The notes under the pieces are model-generated. The model did not search any database, had not been told where the DNA came from, and was given only the letters and a program-made list of their open reading frames with translations. From contig JBKHIT010000060.1 of the NCBI GenBank assembly GCA_046538485.1, positions 1 through 31,459 of the forward strand: a stretch of 31,459 nucleotides of DNA, written 5' to 3'. Below, in pieces: positions 16,510 to 25,498 of the stretch. The translations under genes and the position numbers were made by a program. The first letter of the stretch is position 1; each line of letters begins with the position of its first letter. The stretch is from Candidatus Brocadiia bacterium. GTDB lineage: Bacteria; Planctomycetota; Brocadiia; SM23-32.

Positions 16510-17067
16510 TCATTCTCCATAGGAATTTTGATGAATTATATCGTTGAGTGCTTTTTTGGGGACCAGTGTTACCCCGTCTTTTTTTTCAACCGAGATCGAA
16601 TCGGAATTTTCGTATACTTCAAATTCTTCTTCAGGGTACCCCAGTGATACCACAAAACAGATCGAGCGGTCTTCGGGGATATTCAGTTCGGCGGCAAGCT
16701 GTGCGCGCCGGATGGAACCAAACCAGCAGGAACCAATGCCTCGTTCGTGAGCGGCCAGCAGGATGTAGCTCACCAGGCTTGCCATATTGGCAACGGCGGG
16801 ATCCTTTCCGCCGAGCACAACCATGTAAGCAACGGGTCGCTCTCCTTCAGCCGGTGCTCCAATGCTCGGGAGCCAGGAAAGAGTGGCGTATACCTGTTCG
16901 CACATTTCGGGTTCATCAACAACAATAATTTCCCATTTCTGGACATTTCCGCCGGAGGGGGCATATCGGGCAACATCGGCGATTTCGCACAGGGTTTCTC
17001 GGGGGATGTCTTCCTGGCGGTAACGTCTTACGGACCGCCTGGTTTTGAGCAATGCGTCGGCTTCCAT
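16510..17067 (-). CDS. Nitroreductase family protein
   Basis: RRSVRRY, APSGGNVQKW, LAAHERGIGSCW, LGYP. Start placed at ATG 17067 because of the AAGGA RBS (ORF track extends to 17097). Confidence 0.9.
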   Translation of the reverse strand: MEADALLKTRRSVRRYRQEDIPRETLCEIADVARYAPSGGNVQKWEIIVVDEPEMCEQVYATLSWLPSIGAPAEGERPVAYMVVLGGKDPAVANMASLVSYILLAAHERGIGSCWFGSIRRAQLAAELNIPEDRSICFVVSLGYPEEEFEVYENSDSISVEKKDGVTLVPKKALNDIIHQNSYGE

Positions 17068-17101
17068 CGGTATTCCTTTCCTTAATAAGCTCAACACAGA
17101 T

Positions 17102-18598
17102 TTAACCGGGAACGATTTCGCGTCTGTTCAGAATGCGTTCCATTCGTTCCGTGCTGAAATGCAGGTCGAGGGTCGATTCTTCGGCGTAATGGACTTTCCC
17201 GGGATCACTTCCTTTGGTAGAACGGACATATTTCCTTTGTGTGTAGACGATTTTCGCGTGTTTTGTGCCGCGAATTTTGGAGTAATAGACAGCGAGATGC
17301 GCTGCATCCAGCAGCGCGTCAAGCGAAACATCTTTTCCTTTTGGCTTTCTGATGATAACGTGAGGCCCGGGCCAGCGCAGCAGGTGCATCCAGTAATCGT
17401 TTCCCCGGGCGATGTTGAAGGTCAGCCTGTGACTCTGCTTCTGGTTGCGCGCGACAAGAATCTCCCAGCCATCGGCGGAGACAAAACGTCGCGGCTGCTT
17501 TTTTTCTTCCCGGCGGTGTGAAGGAGGTTTGGGCTCGGGACGAAGGAGATTTTCCTTGCGAAGTTGTTTTTCAATTTGGGCGATTCTCTCACGGTCGTCC
17601 GCTGCTTCTATTTCCTGGCGCAGGAGTTTGAGCTGCCGGATTTGCTTTTTCGTTTCTTGCATTCGCTCTTCGATATGTTCCTGCGAAGCTTTTCGTTTCT
17701 TGTATTTTTCGAAGTATTTCTGAATATTCTGTTCCGGTGTGAGGGCCGGATCGAGTTCTATTGTCTTTTCGGGCACCTCTGGCTCGAAAATGTCTTTAAC
17801 CGTAACTGTGGATTCGCCTCTTTTGAGTTTGGGAAGCTGGATTTTCAGCAGTTCACCTTTTCGGCGCAACTCATTGGCACGTTCAGCCTTGCGTTTATCT
17901 TCCCGAAGATTCTCCTGCAGGGAAGTAAGGTGTTCCAGCTGGGCGTCGACCTTCCCGCGGAGCGCCTCCTGCTTCTCGGCAATCTCAGCTTCGTTTTCGA
18001 GTTCCCCGTACTCTGATTGAATTGCCCGACTCAAAGCGAGCGGATCATCAGAATCCGTTGCGTCCTGAAACCGATTCTCGGATGCTTGTTCCGCTGTAGA
18101 TGGGGGAGGGGGAGGAGGCTGAACGTACTTTTTGCCCTGGGCAATTGTGCGGTGAGAATATTCCCGCGTAAAAAGCGAACCCAGAATTACATCTGAGTCG
18201 TCCACCAATATAAGATTGCTGCTTCCCCCAATCAATTCGGCAACTAATCGAACCGGTTGCGGTTTCATCAGGACGTCATGTTCGACTGACTGGAGTATGA
18301 CGATCCGATCGTTTTCCACCTGGTGAAGTGATCGGACGGGAGAACCAGTGAGATGTTGACGCACAACGTTGCAGAATCCGCCCGCCGGTTTTCCCTGGCC
18401 GGGCCGGCGGGTAAGCAGGTGCAGGCGGGTGAAACGGGGATCCGCCACGATTTGAAGCCAGGATTTTGACGTTCCTTTCTGGAGTTCAAATATCAATATC
18501 TCCTCGTCCGGTTGGTCAATCCGGCCGATTTGGGCACCTTCCACGGTCGGTCTGATGTTTTCGACAACCGCTTTGATTTCTGCTGTGGAGAGACTCAT
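17102..18598 (-). CDS. rqcH: NFACT family ribosome quality-control protein (RqcH/Rqc2/FbpA-like), 498 aa
   Basis: NFACT-N motifs ENDRIV and AELIGGSSNLILVD, coiled coil with IELDPALTPEQNIQKYFEKYKK, NFACT-R motifs ILVARNQKQSHRLT, DYWMH..PGPHVII and AAHLAVYYSK. Confidence 0.85.
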   Translation of the reverse strand: MSLSTAEIKAVVENIRPTVEGAQIGRIDQPDEEILIFELQKGTSKSWLQIVADPRFTRLHLLTRRPGQGKPAGGFCNVVRQHLTGSPVRSLHQVENDRIVILQSVEHDVLMKPQPVRLVAELIGGSSNLILVDDSDVILGSLFTREYSHRTIAQGKKYVQPPPPPPSTAEQASENRFQDATDSDDPLALSRAIQSEYGELENEAEIAEKQEALRGKVDAQLEHLTSLQENLREDKRKAERANELRRKGELLKIQLPKLKRGESTVTVKDIFEPEVPEKTIELDPALTPEQNIQKYFEKYKKRKASQEHIEERMQETKKQIRQLKLLRQEIEAADDRERIAQIEKQLRKENLLRPEPKPPSHRREEKKQPRRFVSADGWEILVARNQKQSHRLTFNIARGNDYWMHLLRWPGPHVIIRKPKGKDVSLDALLDAAHLAVYYSKIRGTKHAKIVYTQRKYVRSTKGSDPGKVHYAEESTLDLHFSTERMERILNRREIVPG

Positions 18599-18721
18599 CT
18601 CAGCACCTGAAGAGAATTTTGACCCGACAGAGGTGCGATTTGCGGCCTGAATTCTGCCAAAAAGGAACGACCTGCCTGTCGTGCTGGGACGCTCCGATAT
18701 AATCTGACCTGAAGCCAGCTT

Positions 18722-19726
18722 TTACTCTTCTTCCATTACCTGATCATAGAAACGAACATAATCTTCTTTATGCTCACTTTCAAGATGTTTCATGGCCGAC
18801 CGGGGATGTTGGTGAAGCTGACCAGTGAGCATATAAGGGATATCCGGTCCCCATCCCAGTTTTTCCTGAAGAGGTTTTACGTATTCCTGAATACATTTGA
18901 TAATCGGACGCAGCCTAAATTTCGGGTTATGGAGGAACCCCACAAGATTTTCGAGCGGACAATTGCCTGCGCCACGCCCCATACCATACATGGTTCCGTC
19001 GACCTGGTTTGCTCCATAGATGATGGCTTCGATGGTATTGGCGTAGGCCAGCTGCTGGTTGTTATGACCGTGGAACCCGACCGTTTTTCCCTCTTCCTCA
19101 CAGTACTGAAGGTATTTTTTCGTCAACTCCTGCGTCTGTTCCGAATATAAGCATCCCCAGCTATCGACAATGTAGATCGTTACTGCGGGGGACTGGACGA
19201 GTGTGTTGAGAGCCCCTTCGAGCTCGGCATCACGGATATTATGCACGGCCATGAGCTGAGAGATTACTTCATAGCCTTTTTCATGGGCGTCCTGCATCAT
19301 TTTCATGGCTGTTGGGATTTGGTGCACATAGCATGCCACACGGATAGTGTCGAGCACGCTTTCCTCACAGGGAACGATGTCGCTTTCATAATCCGACCGC
19401 TCTGCATCAGCCATGGCGCTGAGCTTTATATCCGCGGGGTTGTCCCCGTAAACGCGACGCAAATCATCTTCGTCGCAATGTTTCCATGGACCATATTCGT
19501 CGGGTGGGTAAATTTCTTTTGAACCTTTGTAGCCGACTTCCATGTAATCAATGCCGGCTTCGGCGAGGGCTTCGTAAACCCCGCGCGCGAACTCATCGGC
19601 GAGCTGGTGGTTGTTCATTAATCCACCGTCACGAACGGTGCAATCGAGCAATTTCAGTTCGGGCCGGTATGTAATCCAGTCACCTCGTTTATCCACGTTT
19701 TGCGCATTTTTCTCTTCAGAAGACAT
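18722..19726 (-). CDS. DRE-TIM / HMGL-like metallolyase (4-hydroxy-2-oxovalerate aldolase-like)
   Basis: LLDCTVRDGG, YMEVGY, GFHGHNNQQLAYAN, GMGRGAGNCPLE. Confidence 0.85.
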   Translation of the reverse strand: MSSEEKNAQNVDKRGDWITYRPELKLLDCTVRDGGLMNNHQLADEFARGVYEALAEAGIDYMEVGYKGSKEIYPPDEYGPWKHCDEDDLRRVYGDNPADIKLSAMADAERSDYESDIVPCEESVLDTIRVACYVHQIPTAMKMMQDAHEKGYEVISQLMAVHNIRDAELEGALNTLVQSPAVTIYIVDSWGCLYSEQTQELTKKYLQYCEEEGKTVGFHGHNNQQLAYANTIEAIIYGANQVDGTMYGMGRGAGNCPLENLVGFLHNPKFRLRPIIKCIQEYVKPLQEKLGWGPDIPYMLTGQLHQHPRSAMKHLESEHKEDYVRFYDQVMEEE

Positions 19727-19779
19727 AATGGAGTGCCCAAATGGGGAAGGGTGATCAAGTGATAGAAATACAAGCAGGT

Positions 19780-19807
19780 ATTATACCAGCTCAGATTGCT
19801 TTTTCAA
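19780..19807 (-). promoter_or_regulatory. Putative sigma70 promoter (extended -10) for the aldolase-like gene
   Basis: Minus strand TTGAAA - 16 nt - TATAAT with TGn immediately before the -10. Confidence 0.6.
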
Positions 19808-19843
19808 CGTCGTGCGCTACATTCTTCGCACGGGTTTATGAAA

Positions 19844-19871
19844 TTGCAAAAACGCGACGCGCTTTTATAAT
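19844..19871 (+). promoter_or_regulatory. Putative sigma70 promoter for the kinase-argC pair
   Basis: TTGCAA (19844-19849) - 16 nt - TATAAT (19866-19871), followed by RBS AAGGAG. Confidence 0.6.
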
Positions 19872-19912
19872 AGCGGTTTGGGAACGATCATAGAGAAAAA
19901 AGGAGAGCCGTT

Positions 19913-21421
19913 ATGGCAGCCGAAGCCGTTATTGTCGTCGACTGTGGTTCTACGAATATCACCGTGTTCGCTGTCGGCCCCGATGGCCAATCGCTTGCCG
20001 CCTGCGACGAGCCAAATAAACCGGTGCCCCAGGCCGGGGCGCCCGAAGCGTGGCGTGTCTGGGATCTCGATGAGCTTGCGACCAAGGTCTTCCGTCTCTG
20101 TCGCGAATGTGTCGCCGAAGTTGGCTCGGAGAATGTTCGCGCACTGACGATTACAACCTGGGGAGCGGATGGGGCGCCGTTGACCTCCGAAGGAGAGCTT
20201 ACGTATCCCCCGATTGCGTGGGAATGCCCGCGCACCGAAGGGACGGCCGAACGGGTATCAACAGAAATCGGCGCCCGGAACCTGTACGACGTTACGGGGT
20301 ACCAGGTCATCAGCTTCAATACGCTTTTCCGGCTCGCCTGGCTGAGGGAGAATGAACCGGAAACCCTGGAAAAGGCAGACCGCTGGATGATGATGCCCGG
20401 GCTGCTTAGTTATCAGTTCTGTGAACAGATGAGTGTCGATGTGACCGACGCCTCGACGATGATGGCCCTTGACCTGCAGCAGGACGGGTGGTCGGAAGAA
20501 CTGCTATCGGTGGCCGATCTGGACTCTTCGTTTTTCCCGCCGTTGATATACCCGGGGGAGGTCATCGGGGAGGTGACCGACGACGCCGCCGAACAATGTG
20601 GAATCCCCGCGGGCACGCCCGTCGTCGCCGGGGGCCATGACACACAGTTCGCGCTGATCGGGAGCGGGGCGACCCCCGACGAGGCGGTTTTGAGCAGCGG
20701 CACCTGGGAAATACTGATGTTACGCACCTCCGAGTTTCAGCCGAATGAACTCGGTTTCGTCGAAGGTATGCAGACGGAACTCGATGCGAAGAAAGGGCTT
20801 TTCAACCCGCAGCTTCTCATGATGGGGTCCGGTGTGCTCGAATGGGTCCGGGAAAATTTCTACGCCGGTATCGAAGAACGTAACGATGCCTACAATTCCA
20901 TGATCGAGGAAGCCCGGAAAATTGGGCCGGGAAGCGGACAGGTCATGATGGTGCCGAGTTTCGTGCCGGATAGCGGGCCGACGAAAAAATACAATACCGA
21001 AGGAACAATTGTCGGCCTCGGACTGCAGACGGACCGCGGACACGTTTACCGGGCCTGCCTGGAAGGGCTCACGTTCCAGCTCCGGGATGCTTTGAGAATC
21101 ATAAAAGATGCCACGCGGTTTGAGCCCTCCAGCATTCGGGTGGTCGGCGGCGGTTCGCGTAACGCGCTCTGGAACCAGATCCGGGCGGATGTCTGTAATC
21201 TGCCCGTGACAGTCACCGCTCAAAAGGAAGCAACGGTGATGGGCGGTGCGATCGTCGCCTGGATGGGCGCAGGACGCTTTTCTACAATCAGCGAAGGCCA
21301 GGATGCGCTCACCACGGAAAGTTCGATGGTCGAACCTTCGGGCGAGCGCGATGTCTATGATGAGCTCTTTGAGCGATACAAAAAGATTCCACCGGCTCTG
21401 AAAGATTTCTATACAACTTGA
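19913..21421 (+). CDS. fucK: FGGY carbohydrate kinase, most similar to L-fuculokinase
   Basis: VVDCGSTN, TTWGADGAP, YPPIAWECPRT, SFNTLFRLAWL, GGHDTQFALIGSG, LSSGTWEILM and VVGGGSRNALWNQIRAD are FucK-like motifs. Substrate not proven. Confidence 0.75.
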   Translation: MAAEAVIVVDCGSTNITVFAVGPDGQSLAACDEPNKPVPQAGAPEAWRVWDLDELATKVFRLCRECVAEVGSENVRALTITTWGADGAPLTSEGELTYPPIAWECPRTEGTAERVSTEIGARNLYDVTGYQVISFNTLFRLAWLRENEPETLEKADRWMMMPGLLSYQFCEQMSVDVTDASTMMALDLQQDGWSEELLSVADLDSSFFPPLIYPGEVIGEVTDDAAEQCGIPAGTPVVAGGHDTQFALIGSGATPDEAVLSSGTWEILMLRTSEFQPNELGFVEGMQTELDAKKGLFNPQLLMMGSGVLEWVRENFYAGIEERNDAYNSMIEEARKIGPGSGQVMMVPSFVPDSGPTKKYNTEGTIVGLGLQTDRGHVYRACLEGLTFQLRDALRIIKDATRFEPSSIRVVGGGSRNALWNQIRADVCNLPVTVTAQKEATVMGGAIVAWMGAGRFSTISEGQDALTTESSMVEPSGERDVYDELFERYKKIPPALKDFYTT

Positions 21422-21473
21422 ACGCACTGATCCAATGCGCGTCTCTGTCGCATAACCCAAAAAGGGAACGATA

Positions 21474-22487
21474 ATGAAAATTTGCATTGTTGGAGCCACG
21501 GCGTATACGAGCCGAGAACTGATCGGTATTCTCCTCCATCATCCGGAAGCGAAAATTGTGCATCTGGGTGGCCGGCGTGAGGGGAATCCTCGCATATCCG
21601 AGATTTTCCCGTCTCTGCGGGGTCGCTGCGATATGAAAATGGGCGGCCTGGAGGTCGATACGCTCGAGGAAAAACCGGATATTGCGTTTTTCACGCTGCC
21701 CCATCAGGTCAGCCAGAAGTACGTGCCATCTTACCTGGAAGCGGGAATCCGCTGCATCGATTTCAGCGCGGATTACCGGCTGAAAGATGTCAATGTCTAC
21801 CAGAAACACTACGGCGAACACCTCGATCCGGGAAATATCCCCGAAGCTGTCTACGGGATCCCAGAACTTTTCGGGGAGAAGCTGCCCGGCGCACGGCTTA
21901 TCGCAAACCCCGGTTGTTATCCGACATCGGTGATTCTCGGCCTTGCTCCGCTCGCCCGAGAAGGACTGGTTGAGAGTGAACGTATCATCGTCGATGCCAA
22001 AAGCGGCGTGAGCGGACGGGGGAACAAACCGAATCGAGGTTCGATGTATTGCATGTGCAATGAGGACATGACCGCCTATAAAGTGGGCGTTCACCGACAC
22101 GAGCCGGAGATGGAGCAGGGACTCCAGATGGTCGGTATCGATGGGGCTGATGTCTTGTTTGTCCCTCACCTGGCTCCTATGGACAGGGGGATTTTGTCGA
22201 CAATCTACGCCAATATTCGGGAGGACGTGAACGCTGATCAGATTCAGTATCTCTACGATGATTTTTATTCCGGATGTCCTTTCGTGCGGGTGATGGGCGA
22301 GGGTGAACAACCGCACACGAAGGCGGTGTCCGGGACCAACTGCTGCGATATCGGCCTCACAAAGCCCCGGAGGAGTCGGGTGGTGGTGACCTCGGCGATC
22401 GATAATCTCATGCGGGGGGCGTCCTCACAGGCCGTCCAGAACATGAATGTGGCGGAAGGGATAGATGAGACTGCCGGTCTTCTGTAG
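21474..22487 (+). CDS. argC: N-acetyl-gamma-glutamyl-phosphate reductase
   Basis: IDFSADYRL, AVYGIPEL, catalytic IANPGCYPT, DAKSGVSG, HRHEPE, FVPHLAPMDRGILST, IDNLMRGASSQAVQNMN. Confidence 0.95.
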   Translation: MKICIVGATAYTSRELIGILLHHPEAKIVHLGGRREGNPRISEIFPSLRGRCDMKMGGLEVDTLEEKPDIAFFTLPHQVSQKYVPSYLEAGIRCIDFSADYRLKDVNVYQKHYGEHLDPGNIPEAVYGIPELFGEKLPGARLIANPGCYPTSVILGLAPLAREGLVESERIIVDAKSGVSGRGNKPNRGSMYCMCNEDMTAYKVGVHRHEPEMEQGLQMVGIDGADVLFVPHLAPMDRGILSTIYANIREDVNADQIQYLYDDFYSGCPFVRVMGEGEQPHTKAVSGTNCCDIGLTKPRRSRVVVTSAIDNLMRGASSQAVQNMNVAEGIDETAGLL

Positions 22488-22540
22488 CAAACAACCGGAG
22501 TTTTATGACAATTGATTTTTTCGGTTGTGGCGCAACGAAG

Positions 22541-22687
22541 GGATTGCGTCGCCCATCTTGCGATGCACTCGCAACGATCCGTGCAGTGGACCTCCACGCT
22601 AAAGGGCGCGAGGCCATGCAAAGCGCAATGAGAGAGAATGCTGTTAAAACGTCATTGCGACGCGGCGTTGCCGCCGCGGCAATCTCG
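22541..22687. repeat. Two degenerate half-copies of the 479-583 palindromic element
   Basis: Right half GGATTGCGTCG...CTCGCAACGA (22541-22577) followed by left half GTCATTGCGA...GCAATCTCG (22651-22687). Confidence 0.6.
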
Positions 22688-22801
22688 CTATACGGCTGAC
22701 CGGCACGCCAGGCGCAGGGCGAGTAAACATCTTATTTACTTTTTTTTGCCTGAAAATGTTGGCCTTTGCGTCGAAAGTGATGCTCAACAAAAGGAACAAG
22801 A

Positions 22802-23836
22802 ATGATCGATCCGGTGGCTCCCGATTGGAATGATTTCCTGGCTAATCTGCGCCGTGGAGGCACGCCGGAGCGGGTGTACTATTTTGAACACGGTATAGCC
22901 GAAAATATCCAATCGTCTCTGGCCGAAAGATATGATCTCTGGCATCCCTTGCCGGGAGGCGACGACGAACGGAATCTTCGGCGGCGTCTGGCTGTGCACA
23001 GATTCCTCGGCCACGAATTGTTCCGAATCTTCCCGTCAAACGGACGGGTTAAGGTTCCATCGAGGGAAGGCGGATGGGTCGACGAAAGCAGTGGGGCGGT
23101 CACGAATTGGACTGAGTTTGAAAATTTCGCCTGGCCGGATCCAAGAGAGGCGGATCTGACAGTTATGGAACAGATTGAAGCCATTCAACCGGCCAATATG
23201 CGGGCGTTTCATGTGATCGATATCTGGGAAGTGGTCCGCGATTTGATGGGATTCGAACAGGTATGTTTTGCAATGTATGAGAATCCTGATCTGGTAACGG
23301 CCGTGTTCGACAAGGTCGGCTCTTTCGCTGTCGATATCATGGACACGCTCTGCGATTTTGAAACTTTCGGGGCAGTCTATCTCGCCGACGATCTGGGGTA
23401 CAAAACGGGTTTAATGATGAGTCCCCAACAGATCGAGCGGTTTGTGATGCCCTGGCACCGGCGAATTGCGGACGTTGCGCATCGACATGGAAAACTGTTC
23501 TTATTTCATTGTTGCGGGAATATGTACGAGTTGATTGACCGATACGTGGAGGACTTCGAAATCGATGCCAAACACTCTTTCGAAGATGCGATTCTGCCCG
23601 TGACCGAGGCGAAAGAACGATACGGCGATCGGCTCTCATTGCTTGGAGGTATGGATGTCGATTTCCTGGCGCGATCCGATCCCGATGCCATCCGACAGCG
23701 AACGCGGGACATTCTGGAAGTCTGCCAGCCGGGCGGCGGGTACTGTTTTGGATCCGGCAACTGGGTGACCAGCTACATACCGGTTGAAAATTATCTGATT
23801 ATGCTGGATGAGGCTCGTCGCTGGCCGTTTGACTGA
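22802..23836 (+). CDS. Uroporphyrinogen decarboxylase-superfamily protein (URO-D / MtaA-CmuA-like TIM barrel)
   Basis: LMGFEQ...MYENPDLV, ADDLGYKTG, FHCCGN, LLGGMDVD, GGYCFGSGN..IPVENY. RBS AAGGA. Confidence 0.85.
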   Translation: MIDPVAPDWNDFLANLRRGGTPERVYYFEHGIAENIQSSLAERYDLWHPLPGGDDERNLRRRLAVHRFLGHELFRIFPSNGRVKVPSREGGWVDESSGAVTNWTEFENFAWPDPREADLTVMEQIEAIQPANMRAFHVIDIWEVVRDLMGFEQVCFAMYENPDLVTAVFDKVGSFAVDIMDTLCDFETFGAVYLADDLGYKTGLMMSPQQIERFVMPWHRRIADVAHRHGKLFLFHCCGNMYELIDRYVEDFEIDAKHSFEDAILPVTEAKERYGDRLSLLGGMDVDFLARSDPDAIRQRTRDILEVCQPGGGYCFGSGNWVTSYIPVENYLIMLDEARRWPFD

Positions 23837-24055
23837 ACCCCGCCCCGGCTGGCAGGTTTCCGCAGGCGATTATTTGTTGGCCGGATGGGAACAGGGGATA
23901 GGAACCGGCCTTTCGGCCTCTTACTCCCACATGAAACATGTGATCCTGCCGGGCTCTGATTGCGCTTCTGCCCCACATACTAAACTTGCGAGGCCGCCCC
24001 GCTGAGTTTACATTTAAAGTCACAGAAACTGGTACACATGCAAGGAGGGCTGAAA

Positions 24056-24559
24056 ATGTTGAAAGAAGTTTCGGTTGATGAAGCCTGGAAGTGCAAATAT
24101 CCCGAACAGGTCGCTCTGGCCACCTGCGACGACCCGGACGGTGCGCCGGACATTATCGCTCTGGGTTGGTTCATGCCCACATCTTTTGCCCCGCCCATGT
24201 GCGCCATTTCCGTGGGACATACCCGTTACAGCCACGAACTGATAACTACAACGGGAGAGTTTGTGGCATGCTTTCCGACGGAGGGATTTGAAGCGGACGT
24301 TCTGTACTGTGGCTCGAACAGCGGGCGGGATGTCGACAAATTTGCCGAAACTCAGTTCACGGCGTCGGTAGGCCAGCAGGTATCGGCTCCGCTGATCGAA
24401 GAATGCGTTGTGAATCTCGAGTGTGTGGTTGAGGGGACGCTGGAGACGGGAGACCATACCATTTTTGGCGGTCGCATCGTTGCGGCGCACCTCAACGAGA
24501 ACGCCGGCCGGCGTATCTACAACATGGGGAACGGACACACTCTCAAACCTCTGCCCTGA
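24056..24559 (+). CDS. Flavin reductase-like (flavoredoxin/DIM6-NTAB family) protein
   Basis: YP..VALAT, SFAPPMCAISV, RYSHELI, CGSNSGRDVDKF, APLIEECVVNLEC, GDHTIFGGRI. GGAGG RBS favours ATG 24056 over 24038. Confidence 0.9.
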   Translation: MLKEVSVDEAWKCKYPEQVALATCDDPDGAPDIIALGWFMPTSFAPPMCAISVGHTRYSHELITTTGEFVACFPTEGFEADVLYCGSNSGRDVDKFAETQFTASVGQQVSAPLIEECVVNLECVVEGTLETGDHTIFGGRIVAAHLNENAGRRIYNMGNGHTLKPLP

Positions 24560-24645
24560 GAGACGGCAGTCTTTCCCGGACCGCACCGCTCGTTAAAAAA
24601 CCTTCTCTGGGAACTGGAGTTCAGCCGGGCGCGCCCTCCCGTCTG

Positions 24646-24753
24646 ATGCCCTGAAAGGGCATAACATAAGAGCCCGGGGTGCGGAGGGCTGAAAGTCCGC
24701 GGAGCCCGGGGGTAGAGATATGCATGAAATGATAGTGGGCTGAAGGCCTACTA
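24646..24753 (+). repeat. Tri-hairpin REP-like element, copy 3
   Basis: ATGCCCT-GAA-AGGGCAT, central AGCCCGGG...CCCGGG enclosing GCGGA...TCCGC, terminal TAGTGGGC-TGAAG-GCCTACTA. Confidence 0.65.
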
Positions 24754-25113
24754 AAAAACTGCTGCCTCCTCCGGCATGAGACAGTTCCCGCAATCCCGGG
24801 ATGTCGGCGGCCGCGTGAGCTGGGTCGTTTCGGGAAAGGCCGAAAGGAATTTCAAAACGCAAAAAGGCCGGAAAATGGAGCAAACAAGCCCATAATCCCG
24901 TTTTCAAGCCGATTTACGGCAGGGCCGCCCCGGCGATACGGACCTGCAACTCTCTGGCATTTTCCCGGGTAGTGACTTGCCGTGGGCTCCCGCGGCCCTG
25001 TGCCGCGGGGGGGACGATTAGCTCTCTACGCCCGCTCAACTCACAAATCGCCCTCCATCGGCCCCGCGCCGATGGGGGCAACGCAATAACAGGAACGCAC
25101 GCTAAGCACTCTC

Positions 25114-25158
25114 GGAGTGCGGTGAGCAGTTCGGCTTGCCGAACGGAGCACCGCTTTT
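25114..25158 (+). repeat. GGAGTGCGG...CCGCT REP-like palindrome (could also act as a terminator)
   Basis: GGAGT-GCGGTG...CACCGC-TTTTT with inner GTTCGGC/GCCGAAC stem. A related copy lies at 30965-30989. Confidence 0.6.
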
Positions 25159-25183
25159 TATTTGCTCTTGCATGCATGGCACA

Positions 25184-25228
25184 TGAGCGGACTGGACTTC
25201 AGCCGGAGGCTGGAGTTCAGAACGCGGT
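25184..25228. repeat. 45-bp repeat, left member of the inverted pair flanking the fdh operon
   Basis: TGAGCGGACTGGACTTCAGCCGGAGGCTGGAGTTCAGAACGCGGT. Its reverse complement matches 30563-30606 at 42/45 (1 gap, 2 substitutions). Confidence 0.9.
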
Positions 25229-25424
25229 CCATAAACCAAGGTCCCGCCCCGGTGGAGGCAACGGATTAACAATTGAGTTCAGCAGCCGGGTCTGCCAGTG
25301 ATACCTATACAAGACCACTGGTTCCTCTTTGCAGAATAACAGAAAGGTTGCAAGCAAGATGTTTCCCGTTGGGGGCGGCTTGCCAAACAGAGACGCCCTG
25401 TCAGTAGTGCAAGCCCTTCTCCGA

Positions 25425-25453
25425 TTGACACCCGGCCGGGTGACCGATAGATT
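25425..25453 (+). promoter_or_regulatory. Putative sigma70 promoter of the fdh operon with a palindromic spacer
   Basis: TTGACA (25425-25430) - 17 nt - TAGATT (25448-25453). Perfect 14-bp palindrome CACCCGGCCGGGTG at 25429-25442. Confidence 0.6.
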
Positions 25454-25498
25454 AGAATCGATATAAGATTGCAGAGCGTGCCGAGGAAAGGATTGAGC

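Noticed and set aside
22802..23836. hemE assignment
   Set aside because: Lacks the RQAGR motif of true uroporphyrinogen decarboxylase and has the HCCG motif of the broader superfamily.
25230..25498. Moco/Wco riboswitch upstream of fdh
   Set aside because: No recognisable consensus, and the predicted promoter leaves only a ~40-nt leader.
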